Shown: piece after piece, positions 52,151 through 64,000 of the stretch | Position numbering within the stretch: the first letter of the stretch is position 1 | How the letters are laid out: each line of letters starts with the position of its first letter | NCBI GenBank assembly: GCA_973895155.1 | Contig: OZ316894.1 | Span: 6,286,234 to 6,350,233 of the forward strand | Reading direction: 5' to 3' | From: Marsupella aquatica | Taxonomy: Eukaryota; Plantae; Marchantiophyta | DNA length: 64,000 nt | Position numbers and translations under genes: made by a program | Notes under the pieces: model-generated | Seen by the model: only the letters and a program-made list of their open reading frames with translations | Told to the model about the DNA's origin: nothing | The model's database searches: none

Positions 52151-55100
52151 ATCTCGTACTCACACTGGCTGTTTATCATGTCAACAGTGTCAACAATGTG
52201 TGGTTTTCTCAGAATACTCGGCCTTGTTCCTTTTCTTTCAACAATGTTGTGTGGGTTTCTCATAATACTTGGCCTTGTTCCTTTACAGATGAACACCTTT
52301 TAAGATTAAGAGTCTACCAAGGGTTAGCGCGAGGTGCAATGCAATGCCTACAACAAGATAGATTAGGCCCCGGATTAGGCAACCATACTACCCTGGTGTG
52401 CCTGTTGTTCCTGAACAAACCTTCACCCTACTAGAAGGTTTTCCATTGAAGTTCCTTACAGTAGCAGATTGAACAGAAATCATCACAACCGATCAAAAAA
52501 CGCAGACTACTGGACAGTACAATGAGTACTTAGCCTCATATACAATAAGAGTGTGTGCATGTGGTCAGTGATCTGGTTTGTCAATAGCTTCTCATTCCAC
52601 TTTATAAAAATAACAGTGAGGATAGTCTGACCAGCACCGGATTTTTTCATTAATGAAGATGTCTGTTTACGGTAGTCCACAAAACAGGACATTCCACTTA
52701 GAGCAACATTGCTCTCGATCTCCTGCTGTGAAACTGTGTAATCAGTTATCAGAGTGACTTTAGTAAATGTACATACTGGGTACATTCTACTATGGACTCC
52801 ATCTGCTCGACGATGACATTATTGGAGCTATCCTGCATGGAGGTATAAACTTACGTATCAATCAACATCCGCCACAATGTTAATTCACCTTTTCAAGAGG
52901 GGAAAAAAGTCAAGTTTAATTCAAATGGCACATACTTGCTCAAACCAAAAATGTGGTCCACTACACAAAAGTTTATATAATTCATGTAAGGAAATAGACC
53001 TTCAATGTTGAATGAAGACTTCTCTGAGCAGCATCACATCACGTGCTCAACATTGAAGAGTATTGGCGATAAACTTGCTGCTGGTTTCTACTCCCCAAGG
53101 GATCCAACTTTCAGCTCCCGTGCACCTGTAGGGAGTACATTTTAATTGAATTCATGTATCCTCATCCAATCACTACAAGCAAGGCCAATGTCAAGGCAGT
53201 AGCCATATTCAGCTACATCTTAAATGGCTATATGTTGCATCACCTACAATCATCTATACAAAAGTTCAACTTAGTTACGCTTCAATTTCATGTAGAAGGA
53301 TCTGGGAAATCTGCAAACAAACTATAAGAGTAATAAGAACACCAGACTTTAAGCTGCTCACTATCTGCAGGGGATATTTGTGGAGTGCATTATACCCAAA
53401 GCGCAAGTTTTTAGTACTGCGCCCGCAAAATTCACCACCTACACGATGAATTAATGACAATCCAATTAATTTCACCATACACACAAAAGAAGACAACAGT
53501 TCCAACTTATCTTGGGAATATATACCACACATCCCAAGTGGTACTAAATAGGCAATGAATCAGGTCACGCTTTTGCATCCACGGCAATTCACCTTGCAAT
53601 CATGAAATGGACGACAGCCTACCCTGTCTGTCATTGTGCTTTTGGTAAATTTTGCTGCTGCACCCCAGCTTCCTCCTTTTTGACTGTTGTTTTGGGTTCA
53701 ACAATTAAATCCCCTTCACCAGTTCATACAGGATGTTGACTCCATCCAGTCCACCGTCTCATTGGAGGAGTCTGAAACAACAACTGACTCTTGTTCCGGC
53801 TCCAGTTGGGGTTCTGGGAAAAGCTCAACTTCAAGGTTGGGTGCTATTTCCCTTGACCTCATGCCAAGTCAGACACCTCCTATAAACTATCCCCACTTAT
53901 AGTACTAACTCCGTTGCACAAGGACTCCTTCATTGTGCATGATAGCAACATGTTCGACAACAACTCAGGAAATGACATCTTGCAACTTTTCACTGCTTTT
54001 TCCCCTTAGTCGGGCCTGAATCTACATCTCCAATCAGCCCACCACAACCAGCCATATTGCAAAAAAACTAGGCAGCCCGGAGAGCTTACTGTTCAGTTGG
54101 AGCACAATCTTGGACAATAACCGGGAAGCCGAATGCAAGGACGCATGGACCATACCACGATACTCTTTGGCTGGATGACTGACACCAACATCTAGCAGAT
54201 CATCACTTGAGCATCAAAAACATAACCTGGTGAAAGAAAATGCCACATAATGTCAGAGGAAGCTGGATACTCTCAGCAGGGGAGGATATACAGTCACTGC
54301 TGCAATGACAATTGATATGATCAATTTCCAAACTTCCTCACTCTCTTTTGCACATACTCTCCTCAGAACTTGTGCTATGCAAAGCCACATCTCACCCAGT
54401 TGTTGTGTGTCGACATATGCTTCCTTCTTTAGGCCCTATTTGGTGCATACACTATCAACATTCTTGTCCCGTGCATCTCATATCCAATGTATGTAGCCTT
54501 AGCCCACTTGAAATAGAATTTTACAGAGTCCACTAAAACATGTATGACACGTACGCACCTCTTTCCACAGAACCAACTAGAGCTTAAATTGCAAACGCCC
54601 GGACAACATGGTGGCAGAGGATGTGATTACCTCAGCTCAAGTGGGCTCCATCACTCAGTCATCATAAGTTCTGTAACAGTCTCAAAGCCTGCCTCAAAAG
54701 CCTCTGGATATATGGCAAGCAATGTGCCTTTGTGAATGCTCTATCGTCTCGGCCTTCCCACTGCCTAGACAATCTAAGCCGCTCCTCTTTCAGTACTTCC
54801 TGCAATATTGCGTTATCCTTTTTTCCGCTACTCAAACTTCCATGTACGCATTCACCAATCAGTGTCCTCTTTCTCTGTTGTACATGCCACAATGTCTCCT
54901 CAATACTATTCCTCATTAGGAAATGTCTAACAAACATTGGGACAAACACTTCTTTTGTCTGCCCGAGACGGTGAGTTCTATCCACTGCTTGATCTTCAGC
55001 TGTTGGATTGGACCACCATATATTTGTAAAGAGTACATGATTGGCAGCCGTGATATTTAATCCTGTACTATAATTGGCAGCCTTCAATGGCAGTAGAGCG

Positions 55101-56250
55101 GCTTGTATCTGAATCAATCCAGTGTAGTGAAATGCTTAGTGAGTGACTGATGTGAAAACACATGCACATGCACCAAAACAACATATATAGCGGGTGCTTT
55201 ATGCATACCTGGCGAGATTTGGCAAAGTCTCTCAGATTTTGGTCACGCTTCTCCAGATTCATGCTCCCGTCCACCCTTGTGAATTGGATGTTTGCAGCTT
55301 CAAGAGTTCCTTGTAATGTTCAAGTCAAGCAAGTTGGTCCACTGAGAAAACACAATGGTCTTATTGTCACTTCCCAACCATTGCAACTCGTTCAAGTAAG
55401 ACATGACAACATCAATCTTGGGTGATGGCTTGTTTGTTTCAAAATTGAGAAATTCCATGTCCTCCTTTGTCATTTCAGTGCCATCCGGCATACATATATC
55501 ACATACTCTGTACACCGTACTCCATGAAAGTTGTTGCTTACAGCCTGCTGCTCTGCATGTTATGTCCTCTAGATCCAATGGATCAAAATAACAAATTTGA
55601 ACTGGAACAGTAAAAGTGACCACAAAAGGAAATCATGGGGTCATAAAAAAGCTCGATCACCCTACAAATATTACAAAAATGGACTTCAAAGTTAGTGTGC
55701 AACGTCAAATGTTTGAACAATCATCTACGGTTCAGCAACAATCCCATGGGGTACTGGATTTACAAATAGGATTTACTTTGTGCAAAAACTTACCTAGCAC
55801 TTGTTACAAGTCGCCCCTTCTGGAGCATCCAACAACTTGTTTACCAATTTTCCCGAACAAACTCCATCGGGTTGGATCTTGGGAGTATTCACACTATCTT
55901 CTTTGTCATCGTGAAAGACAAGGTTGTGATGCCCACAGTGGCGTCTCATTCTCAGCATCAACGACAACAATTTAGCATGCTCTCTCTTGTTTCCCTTCTG
56001 TGATCAAAGCCCACAAATCGACCCGACTGAAACAAGTTTACAATACAATGTCAAGGCAATCATGGTGCAGAATTCAAGAATGACAAAGACAGTATGTACA
56101 CCCACATAGGGCGGGCCAAACATTGGACATACCGAGTCTTCCGCTGCACTCCTTGCCTCTAATTTCTTATACACTACGGCATTGCCTTCAACTTTTAAAA
56201 GTCAAGATGAGCTACTATTACATGCTTCTTAGGTAGATTTAGGACACTTG

Positions 56251-57107
56251 TGTTAGATATTGCTCTAGTCTTGTGACTCATGAGCTAACCATAGTTAGGC
56301 TAACTTGGGTTAGGACTTAGCTAATGTTAGCGATAGTGCTATTGTGAATATAGCCAGGGCTGATGCCAGACCCTGGTGAAACTTAGGCTCTTGTTACAGA
56401 CCCTGGGGAATCACTCGTCGGATTCTTAGAACCACGTACGAACAAATGAAGGCTATTTAAAATCCTACCCAATTAATAATTATAATCACAAATTTGTAAT
56501 GAAGGGGATTAATTAACTCCTTATCTCAAATTATTTTTATTTCTATGTAAGGGTATTACCACATGGTGTATGCCACGCGTCACCAGCGGATTGGTCCACG
56601 TGTCACTTGCTTAGTGTAGGTCATGTATTAGTAGTTTAATTTTTTACAATGGTATTAGTTGTTAAAGTAGGAACTATACATGTGCACTTGATCATATCTT
56701 AGTAGTGCATACACAATACTTTATAAAGACACAAGGGGTTTTACAATGAGTTTCCAATGTACTTATAAATGACTAAGGGGTATTTTTAATATATTGAAAA
56801 TTATTTATTACATTTTTCAAGGGTCTTTTAAATTTTCCATATAACATGTAAGTGTTCATAGGGGTATTTGGAGTTTTAGCCTAAGTGATTCCCCAGGGGT
56901 TACGGAGCTAGTTGAGAGATAGGGAGAGCTTGTGCTGTGGATGCTTGGTATGGCTGTTCGGTCTAGAGTGCAGTAAAGCTCTTGAATGTACGTGTGTACC
57001 CGTGGACATAGCCTCATGTGGAGGTGAACCACGTATCTCTCTGTGTCGACTCTTGTCCGTTGGATGGTTCATGGGCTTGCAGTTGCAAATGTCGTCTATG
57101 CTCAACA
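56251..57107 (+). mobile_element. Solo LTR of the copia family at 38783-39126, containing a nested TIR element
   Basis: TGTTAGATATTGCTCTAG...GTCTATGCTCAACA with a perfect 5-bp TSD ACTTG (56246-56250 and 57108-57112). Confidence 0.93.
56401..56898. mobile_element. MITE, 498 bp, 15-bp TIR, 8-bp TSD
   Basis: CCCTGGGGAATCACT ... AGTGATTCCCCAGGG, flanked by GTTACAGA/GTTACGGA, AT-rich interior. The empty site (gttacagagctagttg) is visible in the LTR at about 38926. Confidence 0.92.
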
Positions 57108-58105
57108 ACTTGCAAACAAAATATGTCCAACTGTAAGATTACATATATACAAACATACAACAGATCGACATCCATATGCAATGCAATGGACCGAATAATG
57201 GAAAAGTCCAATTCCAACACATGTGAACGTTGTAGTTGTAGTTGTCGTACTCTTAGAGCTCTCTTCTCAATGTAGTATTGTGTGTCTAGCGTTCATACTT
57301 TTTGCAATGTGCTGCCTCAAAATCTTGAACCGATCTATGTCGCAATAAGGGGTGTATCTAAGAAATCTGAAGTAATTGTATGTCTCCCAAGTAGAATTCG
57401 ACACATGAGTTCCATTTACACACCATCTGCTTCTTGCATGTAGGTTGCAAGCAGCTAATAACCCCAATTTAAGGAATACTGAAGTATTAGATTAATTCCA
57501 ATTTTATCTAAATATTATTAGTTAATGAATAATCAACCTCTTTAACATTTGGTGGGATAGTCAAAAACTTCAAATGTTTTGTTGCAAGATCTTTATAACA
57601 ATGCATCACTAAATGACATCAAGTACCTCTTGATCCATGCACAAATCCTTAATTAAACTGTTATTCATTGTTTCAATTGTCTATTTAATTACTATAGGGT
57701 TAAATATAAAAAAGATTGACACGCACCAGGGTGCGTGACCTACAATCATAGTACCACCCTTTAATTAGTTAGTTTCTATTGCTTTGACTCAATCAGGCAT
57801 GGAACCATATAAAATCAGAAATCATTGAAAGTTGTGTTCACTTGAAGGTGTAACTATAATTATTATTTATTAATAGGATTGTTGTATATTACAATGTCTA
57901 CTCGACATTCATTTGAATGTCAATAATATCATGCCTTAATATCACCAAACTAAGGCCCCACTAACTAATAGTATATCTTAAATAAAGTAACCAACTAACT
58001 AACTTAGACAATTATAAGACTTGTCTAAACTTGAGTTCTCTGGCTACTACTATTTTGAGCTACCTTTAATTAAACTGTATGCTAAACTACCAGCTTCATT
58101 ACTGT

Positions 58106-60858
58106 CTAGGATTTGTCACTTGCTATGCATGTCAAGAGATAGTCTCTTGCCTTGGCAGCAACATTCTTTGGAATTCCAACCAGCCCTGTCACTGGTCCTT
58201 TGCGTGCTTTGAAACACCACAAGACAGAGGAAACATCTATTGTCTCAGCTTCCTCGTATATTGGAGCTGGATCACGTTCCCATTTCTTATCCCAAGAATC
58301 TGCCCACCGCTCTCTTGGCTGCCAGTCTGATTGACCACGTTGCTTCTTTGCCATAAATGGTCTAAACCACTCAACGCCACATACATGAGTAAGAAAGTTT
58401 TGTTCATTCACTGGTCCTTCTACCACATCTGTAACAACTAACCCCATATGGACAGGATAAACATCTAGGTCTGAGTCGTCCGGCCATACCAACACATAAC
58501 AGCCCTTCACAACATCAACCCTAGGGTTAAAACTCTCAGGAGGTTTATCTTTTGCTGGTCCCACATAATCCACTGTTGCCTCCAACTCACATGCCACATT
58601 TTGATATTCTAGTGGAACGTGCTCTCTCCATATTGATAAAGGCCAAAACCCGTATTCCAAGTTGTGTGCACCTTCAGGTTCATATTGCACCTGCTCACCC
58701 TGTAGAGTATCTACAATGTCATTCCAATAATTGATGAGAGTTGTCCAACGTCACTTTGGTTCTTCCTCTTTTGTTCGCTTTAGAATAAACTCAAAGAATG
58801 ACACATGCTTCTTCAACCCTGTCAGCACTTCAGGAAGCATTTTCAGCTCCATCATTGGTAGCCTTTTGGGCACCCCAATTGGGATGTGAGGACTTTTGTC
58901 ATCTTTCCATGACCACATTTCAATACCTTCCTTGGGTAACCATCCCTGATCAGTTGACTTCATTTTGTATTGGAAGCATGGCATACTATCATGATGAACA
59001 TAGAACCTAAACAGCCTGGGTTTTAAATGCCCCACCAATGCCTCAGGGCCCTTCAACATGAATGGAGCTAAGTAGATTTTGAAATCCGGGACCTCCTGTA
59101 GAAAATGTGGGACTGCATTGGGTGTCCTTGCTCTCATGAACAAGGACATTAACTCAGGCAATGAGTATGTGGGGTTATGCATCATAGACTCTGAAAAATG
59201 CCCAAACATACCGTCAACGTCCTCATGAGTATGCCCAACCACCATAAAACCAAGATGAACCTCTTCAAACACCTCCTTTGCCGTCAACAATGACAAATAA
59301 GCCATCATGTATCTATTCTTGTTGTCTGAGGCACAATTATCCAATTGTAACTTCAATACTCGTGGAAGGGGCCTGAACTTTGGTGCCTCAGGTGCTGCAT
59401 CACAATGTAACAATCTCATAATGCTTTTAAATAAAACCCTTACTAGTCAGACCCTAAACCCCAATTTAGGGTTTAGGGTTTAAACACTATTAATGAAACC
59501 TTGGCTAGGAGGAGCAACAACTACACAAAGTAGAGTGTTAGTGTGTGTGAGCTTATATTATTAATAATAAAAGGATTGTGAGTAAAGTACCTAGGCTTGA
59601 GATGTAGGCAATGTCATCCTCAAATGCTCTAAGGACACTTGCCTCCAAGATATCTTTTCTCCCAAAAAGGAGGTCTTTAAAAAGACTTGTCGAGTCTGGC
59701 CCCTCCACAAGAGATTTGATCATTGGATTTGGGTTTTCCAACATCCTTAGTATTGAATCAATTGACCCAATAGTGACGTTGACATCACCTGGCCACACTC
59801 CAACATGATATTGAGCTATGGCCTTGGGACCATGACCATGAGTAAGCCAGGATACCAGTGACAGTAATTGGGAACTTTTGGGCACCATCCACATGCTTAG
59901 GATTGAAGGGCATTCTTGGGAGAGCTGTCTTTGAATGATCCATCTTATCATGAATAAGGCATAACACTTCCTTTGGACGATGGATGGACCCATATCTCCA
60001 AGTATGATAGCACATTCTTTGCTGTGTGTGGTCTTGGTGATGTTCCTCCTCGTCACGCCTTAGGCCCTCTAACTCTTCCTTAGCTCCTGTAAGGTTTGCT
60101 TTCCGTTGAAGCAACTCACTACAAGTTGTACACTTTGAAAAGTTGTTGCCCTTTTTGTGACGCGAGAACTCTCTGAAATACATCTAATGTAGATGACTCA
60201 AGGTGGGTTGGGAAATTGGAGGAAGACCAGCCTCCTTGTTGACAACATTAACCCTGTTTCTAATATTCTCCCAAGTAAGATTGGTTGGCAATTCCCTCAA
60301 AACCACCCTTGAATTATCTGCCATGGTTCTCAACTTGGCTAGATGATGATCAGCTGCCTCCTCAATAATCTCTTTCATTGACATGAATGCTTGAGATACT
60401 TTCTCAGACATACGCCTTTTTCCAGCATTACCATGGGTACCTATGTTCATTCCAGCCATCACAGTCTTCTTCAAGACGTAAAATTGAGTCTTTCCTCTTG
60501 AATGAATGATTCTCCATGCCTCCAAGCACAATACTTTGCCCTCCACTACTAGAATCCTTTCGCCCGTACCCAAGTGTATTGTATTTTTTATAGCCTTGAT
60601 TTCCTCCTCCTTGTGCTCCGCAAAAGATTTTGACCACCACTTTTGCCTAATTGCCATAGCCAAGTTGCGGTCCAAATATTGGCAACAATGTTCACTACAA
60701 CAGTCCTTGGTGTTTATCAACAACACATCTTGATGTGCCAGAGATGTGTCTCTTCTAGATGTCTGGGAAGATGGACTCTTTCTTTTTCTAGTTTTATGGA
60801 CGTAGGACCGCTTTCCACTTGTAGGAGATGTGTTCCCTCTCGGGGGTTTCACTTCCAC
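58106..60858 (-). pseudogene. Decayed DNA-transposon transposase (Sola-like / DUF7869-type DDD)
   Basis: Successive fragments: Cys-rich N-terminus (CCSEHCCQ, VLCLEAWR, HGNAG), FSKCTTC, IHDKMDHSK, LQLDNCASDNKNRY, GFMVVGHTHEDVDGMF and a C-terminal domain. Broken by stops and frameshifts; AT-rich intron-like gap at about 59420-59590. Confidence 0.8.
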
Positions 60859-61060
60859 AAAAATGGCATATCACGTGCGACGAAGGATAGGGTCATTTTA
60901 TTGGTTCTAAGGGAAGACTTAAGAATTTTTGTAGAAGAACAATAGGATCTTTTAAATTCAATTTTGAGACTTATAAGAACATTAGGGTCTTTTTAATCCA
61001 ATTTTTAGAATATTCCAAGAATATTCCAACTTTATAGGGGTTAAAAATAAATTTGTTTTC

Positions 61061-61730
61061 TTACATTTTAGGGGGTTCGAGGCCTAAAAACGTCGCAGGC
61101 GATGGGGAGGTCCCCATATAGTGAGACCCCCGAGTGTTCCCTCCCACTTCTTGCCTAATGTTGTGGAAAGATAACAAGTTGCCATCCTTGGCAATGAGTT
61201 GGTCCATCAACCAAGCTTTTAAGCAATCTCTATGCTTCAGATGGTCAACCGTAGCTCCCTCAACAAAATCGTTGATCAGAATTCCCACATGTGTATTCCC
61301 AAGGGTGACATCCCCAAGCTTGACTATAGGATCTAGAACATGTATAGTTGCCACTGCAAAAATCAACTTGTTCTCATCAACCACCTTTACAGGCATGCCC
61401 ATCCACAAGGCCTTTGGTAAAACTATTTCCACACGAGACCAACTCTCATTATGGTGGTTCCCAACAGAATTTTGCTCAACTGGATCTTGATCATCACCAA
61501 CCTCGCCAAACAAATCCTCCGATTCCATGGGAGCTTGAAAAAGTTGATTCCTTACCCATACAAGGTAGCCCCCAATCATGTCCTTCAAAAGTTTGCCATC
61601 TCCGCATTGAATAGCCTCGTCAAAAGCTTCCTCCAATAGAAGAAGAGCTTTGTCCGCCCCAAGAGTAACATTGTGACAAACCCTGGGAGGATCAAGACTT
61701 ATCACACGACCTTTTCCAACCTGTTTGTCA
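61061..61730 (-). CDS. Transposon-associated ORF with two TNP1/En-Spm-like (Transposase_23/DUF8039-like) repeats, probably the 5' part of the same element
   Basis: VGKGRVISLDPPRVCHNVTLG...IGGYLVW and FAVATIHVLDPIVKLGDVTLG...LKAW fit the G..S.DP...H...LG...W pattern by eye. Co-oriented with the transposase. Confidence 0.5.
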
Positions 61731-62777
61731 TGGATGCCTATAATAACTTGCCCGCCTTCCCTGATTCAGACTGTCGATGTCACCATACTAATTATGATCC
61801 TGCACATCAGCAAATATGACTATAAGCGTGCTGTCCTATCACGGCCATCAACTACCAAAGTAAGGACAAAGTACTGCACGCGACCTATCGCGTGATGCTT
61901 CTTGAGGACTTAGTAGCCGTATGAACCAATCCATTACGCGACCAGTCGAGTCATGCTTCTTCCGTAACATTCTATTGTGGAACGAGCCCTATACCCGTGC
62001 GTTGCAGGGCGCAAGGAGGGCCGGTCCATAAGGAGTTGGGCCAGGGCATTTATGGAGCGGAGGGCGAGAGGAAGGAGCGAGCGCATCGGGATCGAGGGGA
62101 GGGTGATGCATCGCTCGAATATGTATATCCCAAGGGGGGGTCCATAATGAAGGCATGGGAGTGGGAGGCCCTTGCCAAAGACACGGGGGAGACCCTCAAT
62201 GACACGACTGACCTCTTCACAAGCATTATTAGGGCGTCTCAGATATGGGGAAAAATCTGACCTTACGGGCGGCCCTCAAAGCTGTTGGGCGGACCAAAAC
62301 TAGGTATACTCGGGCCAATATTTGCTGGGGTAGTTAGCAATGAGTTGTGTCGCGGCTCTATGCGTGAAGTGGTTTTCCTACTGGGGGACTCAAATATCAC
62401 GCCGGGAGAGTTTTGCAGTCGCCCGAGTTAGGTTCGGGTGGACACGGCCTGAAAATGTGCGGGAGACCCTTAGGCTAGCCCATGACCAATGCAACATTAT
62501 AGATTCCTATTTCCCATAGGGTCTAAAACCTAGAAGCTAGAAGCCTAGGCCCAAACTCTAGCTCATAGTTGGCGATTCATAAGTAAGATACGATTGCAAT
62601 TTAATAATAAGATACACCACTGAGTGGACACTGGACAATCAGTATCTACTGAGGACCCCATAATCATTCCAGTACATCACTAACAATCAGTACATTCCGG
62701 GCCAGTCGCCGACAGTGAAATTAAAGCCATAATTATACAACAATTCAGCTTGTAGCCAATTCTATTCCTCGCCAGTC

Positions 62778-62970
62778 TGACGATTACTCTCTTTGAGAAA
62801 CCACCCTAGATTTTGCCCTACATTCGTGCCATTTAATTGACACACGGTTATTATGTTGTAGAACCATCCTACATGCCGCGCTACATCCGTGCCACTGAAT
62901 TGACAGACGATTACTCTCTTCTAGAAACCAACTAGATTCCGCCCTACATTCGTGCCACTTAATTGACAAT
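62778..62970. repeat. Tandem repeat, about 62 bp x3
   Basis: 'gacgattactctct..agaaacca..ctagatt..gccctacattcgtgcca.ttaattgaca' recurs three times. Confidence 0.8.
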
Positions 62971-63162
62971 ATCCACAGTAGTGAAGAGTAAAGACTATAA
63001 AGCATTGAGATGATGTCTAAACTGCCGATTCCCCATGCATTGCACATTCTGGTTACTGGATAATGTAATCGCACATAAGCTCTCCCTTCCTTTGCTCCCA
63101 ATAGAAGAGTCTGTCCTCTCACTCCAAATTCTTAGTCTCGGTCCGCATCTCTTGCTTGCAGG

Positions 63163-63669
63163 GTGATGGCTAAGCCGGTGAGCTCGAAGAATGTGGATGT
63201 TCCAACAGACAATGCAGAAGATTCTATCTATCATGGTACTCCTTTCAGATTGTGTAAGCGATGTGATATCATGTTTGCGGTGACTACATCCAGAGGTCAA
63301 ATGTTTTGTGAGAGAACCCACTGTTCGCCACATTTGACGACGGAAGATAAGATGGAGAGCAATCCAACCGTGTCGAATCCAAAGATGGAATCCGGGGAAA
63401 AGTTGAAGGCCAAAATACGCGTCGATTCTATTACGGTCAAGGCAGCAGCTGATGCTAAGAAAGTCAAGAAGGAGGCCAAGAATGTGGACGCAACTACAAA
63501 AAGGAAATTAGAGATGAAGGAAGATTGTGAATTGTATTATAGGAGGAGGAAGCCAAGCAACGCACGCAAATTTATGGACCATAGAGCTTGGGCAAAGGAG
63601 GCATTCTTGGATTCTGGCGAATCCACGCCAGACACGGATGAGTGGATGCCATCTTCGTGGAATGATTGA
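63163..63669 (+). CDS. Hypothetical protein with a putative Zn-finger (CKRC...C...HC) and basic/acidic tail
   Basis: 168-aa open frame with protein-like composition; no family recognised. Confidence 0.3.
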   Translation: MMAKPVSSKNVDVPTDNAEDSIYHGTPFRLCKRCDIMFAVTTSRGQMFCERTHCSPHLTTEDKMESNPTVSNPKMESGEKLKAKIRVDSITVKAAADAKKVKKEAKNVDATTKRKLEMKEDCELYYRRRKPSNARKFMDHRAWAKEAFLDSGESTPDTDEWMPSSWND

Positions 63670-64000
63670 CTCGATGTAAGGCTAGAGCTTATTGAATTTG
63701 AGTAAAACGTAGTCCAAGTTAGAACTCGGTAGGGATACGATGTAGCTAGATTTCATTCCGTAGGGATATATTTTAACAAAATCAGTTCAATGGAAATGGA
63801 TTCCACATTTGAAGTCCTTCGGGATGGATGTAGTCTTTTTTGGTAATCGACGAAAAAATATTCCACAATGGTCATTTATGTTTTCTGGCTTCTACTATAA
63901 TTCAAGTCATTTGAATGAAGTGAATTCTTGTTGAAATGATTCTCAAGATGGCTTCTCAGTCAACAACGAGAACCGCTAAGACTGGAGTGATACTATCCTA

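Larger units (their letters stand above)
54662..57470 (-). pseudogene. Decayed SNF2-family RING-helicase (RAD5/RAD16-like), interrupted by a solo LTR
   Basis: RSRWCVNGTHVSNSTWETYNYFRFLRYTPY (motif III region), Cys-rich RING-like remnants, KIDVV..DNKTIVFSQWTNLLDL, DGSMNLEKRDQNLRDF, GLNITAANHV..WWSNPTAEDQAVDRTHRLGQTKEV and SIEE..QQRKR. Stops and frameshifts present; N-terminal ATPase motifs I/II not found. Confidence 0.85.

Noticed and set aside
57720-57737. CACGCACC-AG-GGTGCGTG hairpin as a Helitron 3' end
   Set aside because: No CTRR terminus at the expected distance on either strand.

Overview
Eukaryotic, intron-containing land-plant genomic DNA; gene style suggests a non-seed plant such as a liverwort, moss or lycophyte, but that is inference. 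The left half (1-33 kb) is gene-rich: an intronless universal stress protein gene (+), a RIOX/NO66-like JmjC oxygenase (-), folylpolyglutamate synthase (-, about 15 exons), a secreted PQQ-type beta-propeller 'polyvinyl-alcohol dehydrogenase-like' gene (+, 5 exons) and a bacterial-type (PcnB/AGS1-like) poly(A) polymerase (-, with one GC-AG intron). The right half (33-64 kb) is mostly transposons and relics. It holds a young non-autonomous LTR element (176-bp LTRs, GCCAT TSD, half-tRNA-Ile-type PBS, hairpin arrays), an internally deleted Ty1/copia with related solo LTRs (one carrying a TIR element with an 8-bp TSD), and an inverted copy of the poly(A) polymerase 5' region. It also holds a decayed SNF2-RING helicase directly downstream of a decayed Sola-like/DUF7869-type DDD transposase that has TNP1-like and BAH-like accessory domains. 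No rRNA, tRNA or CRISPR arrays were seen. Exon boundaries were read by eye and may be off by a few bases.
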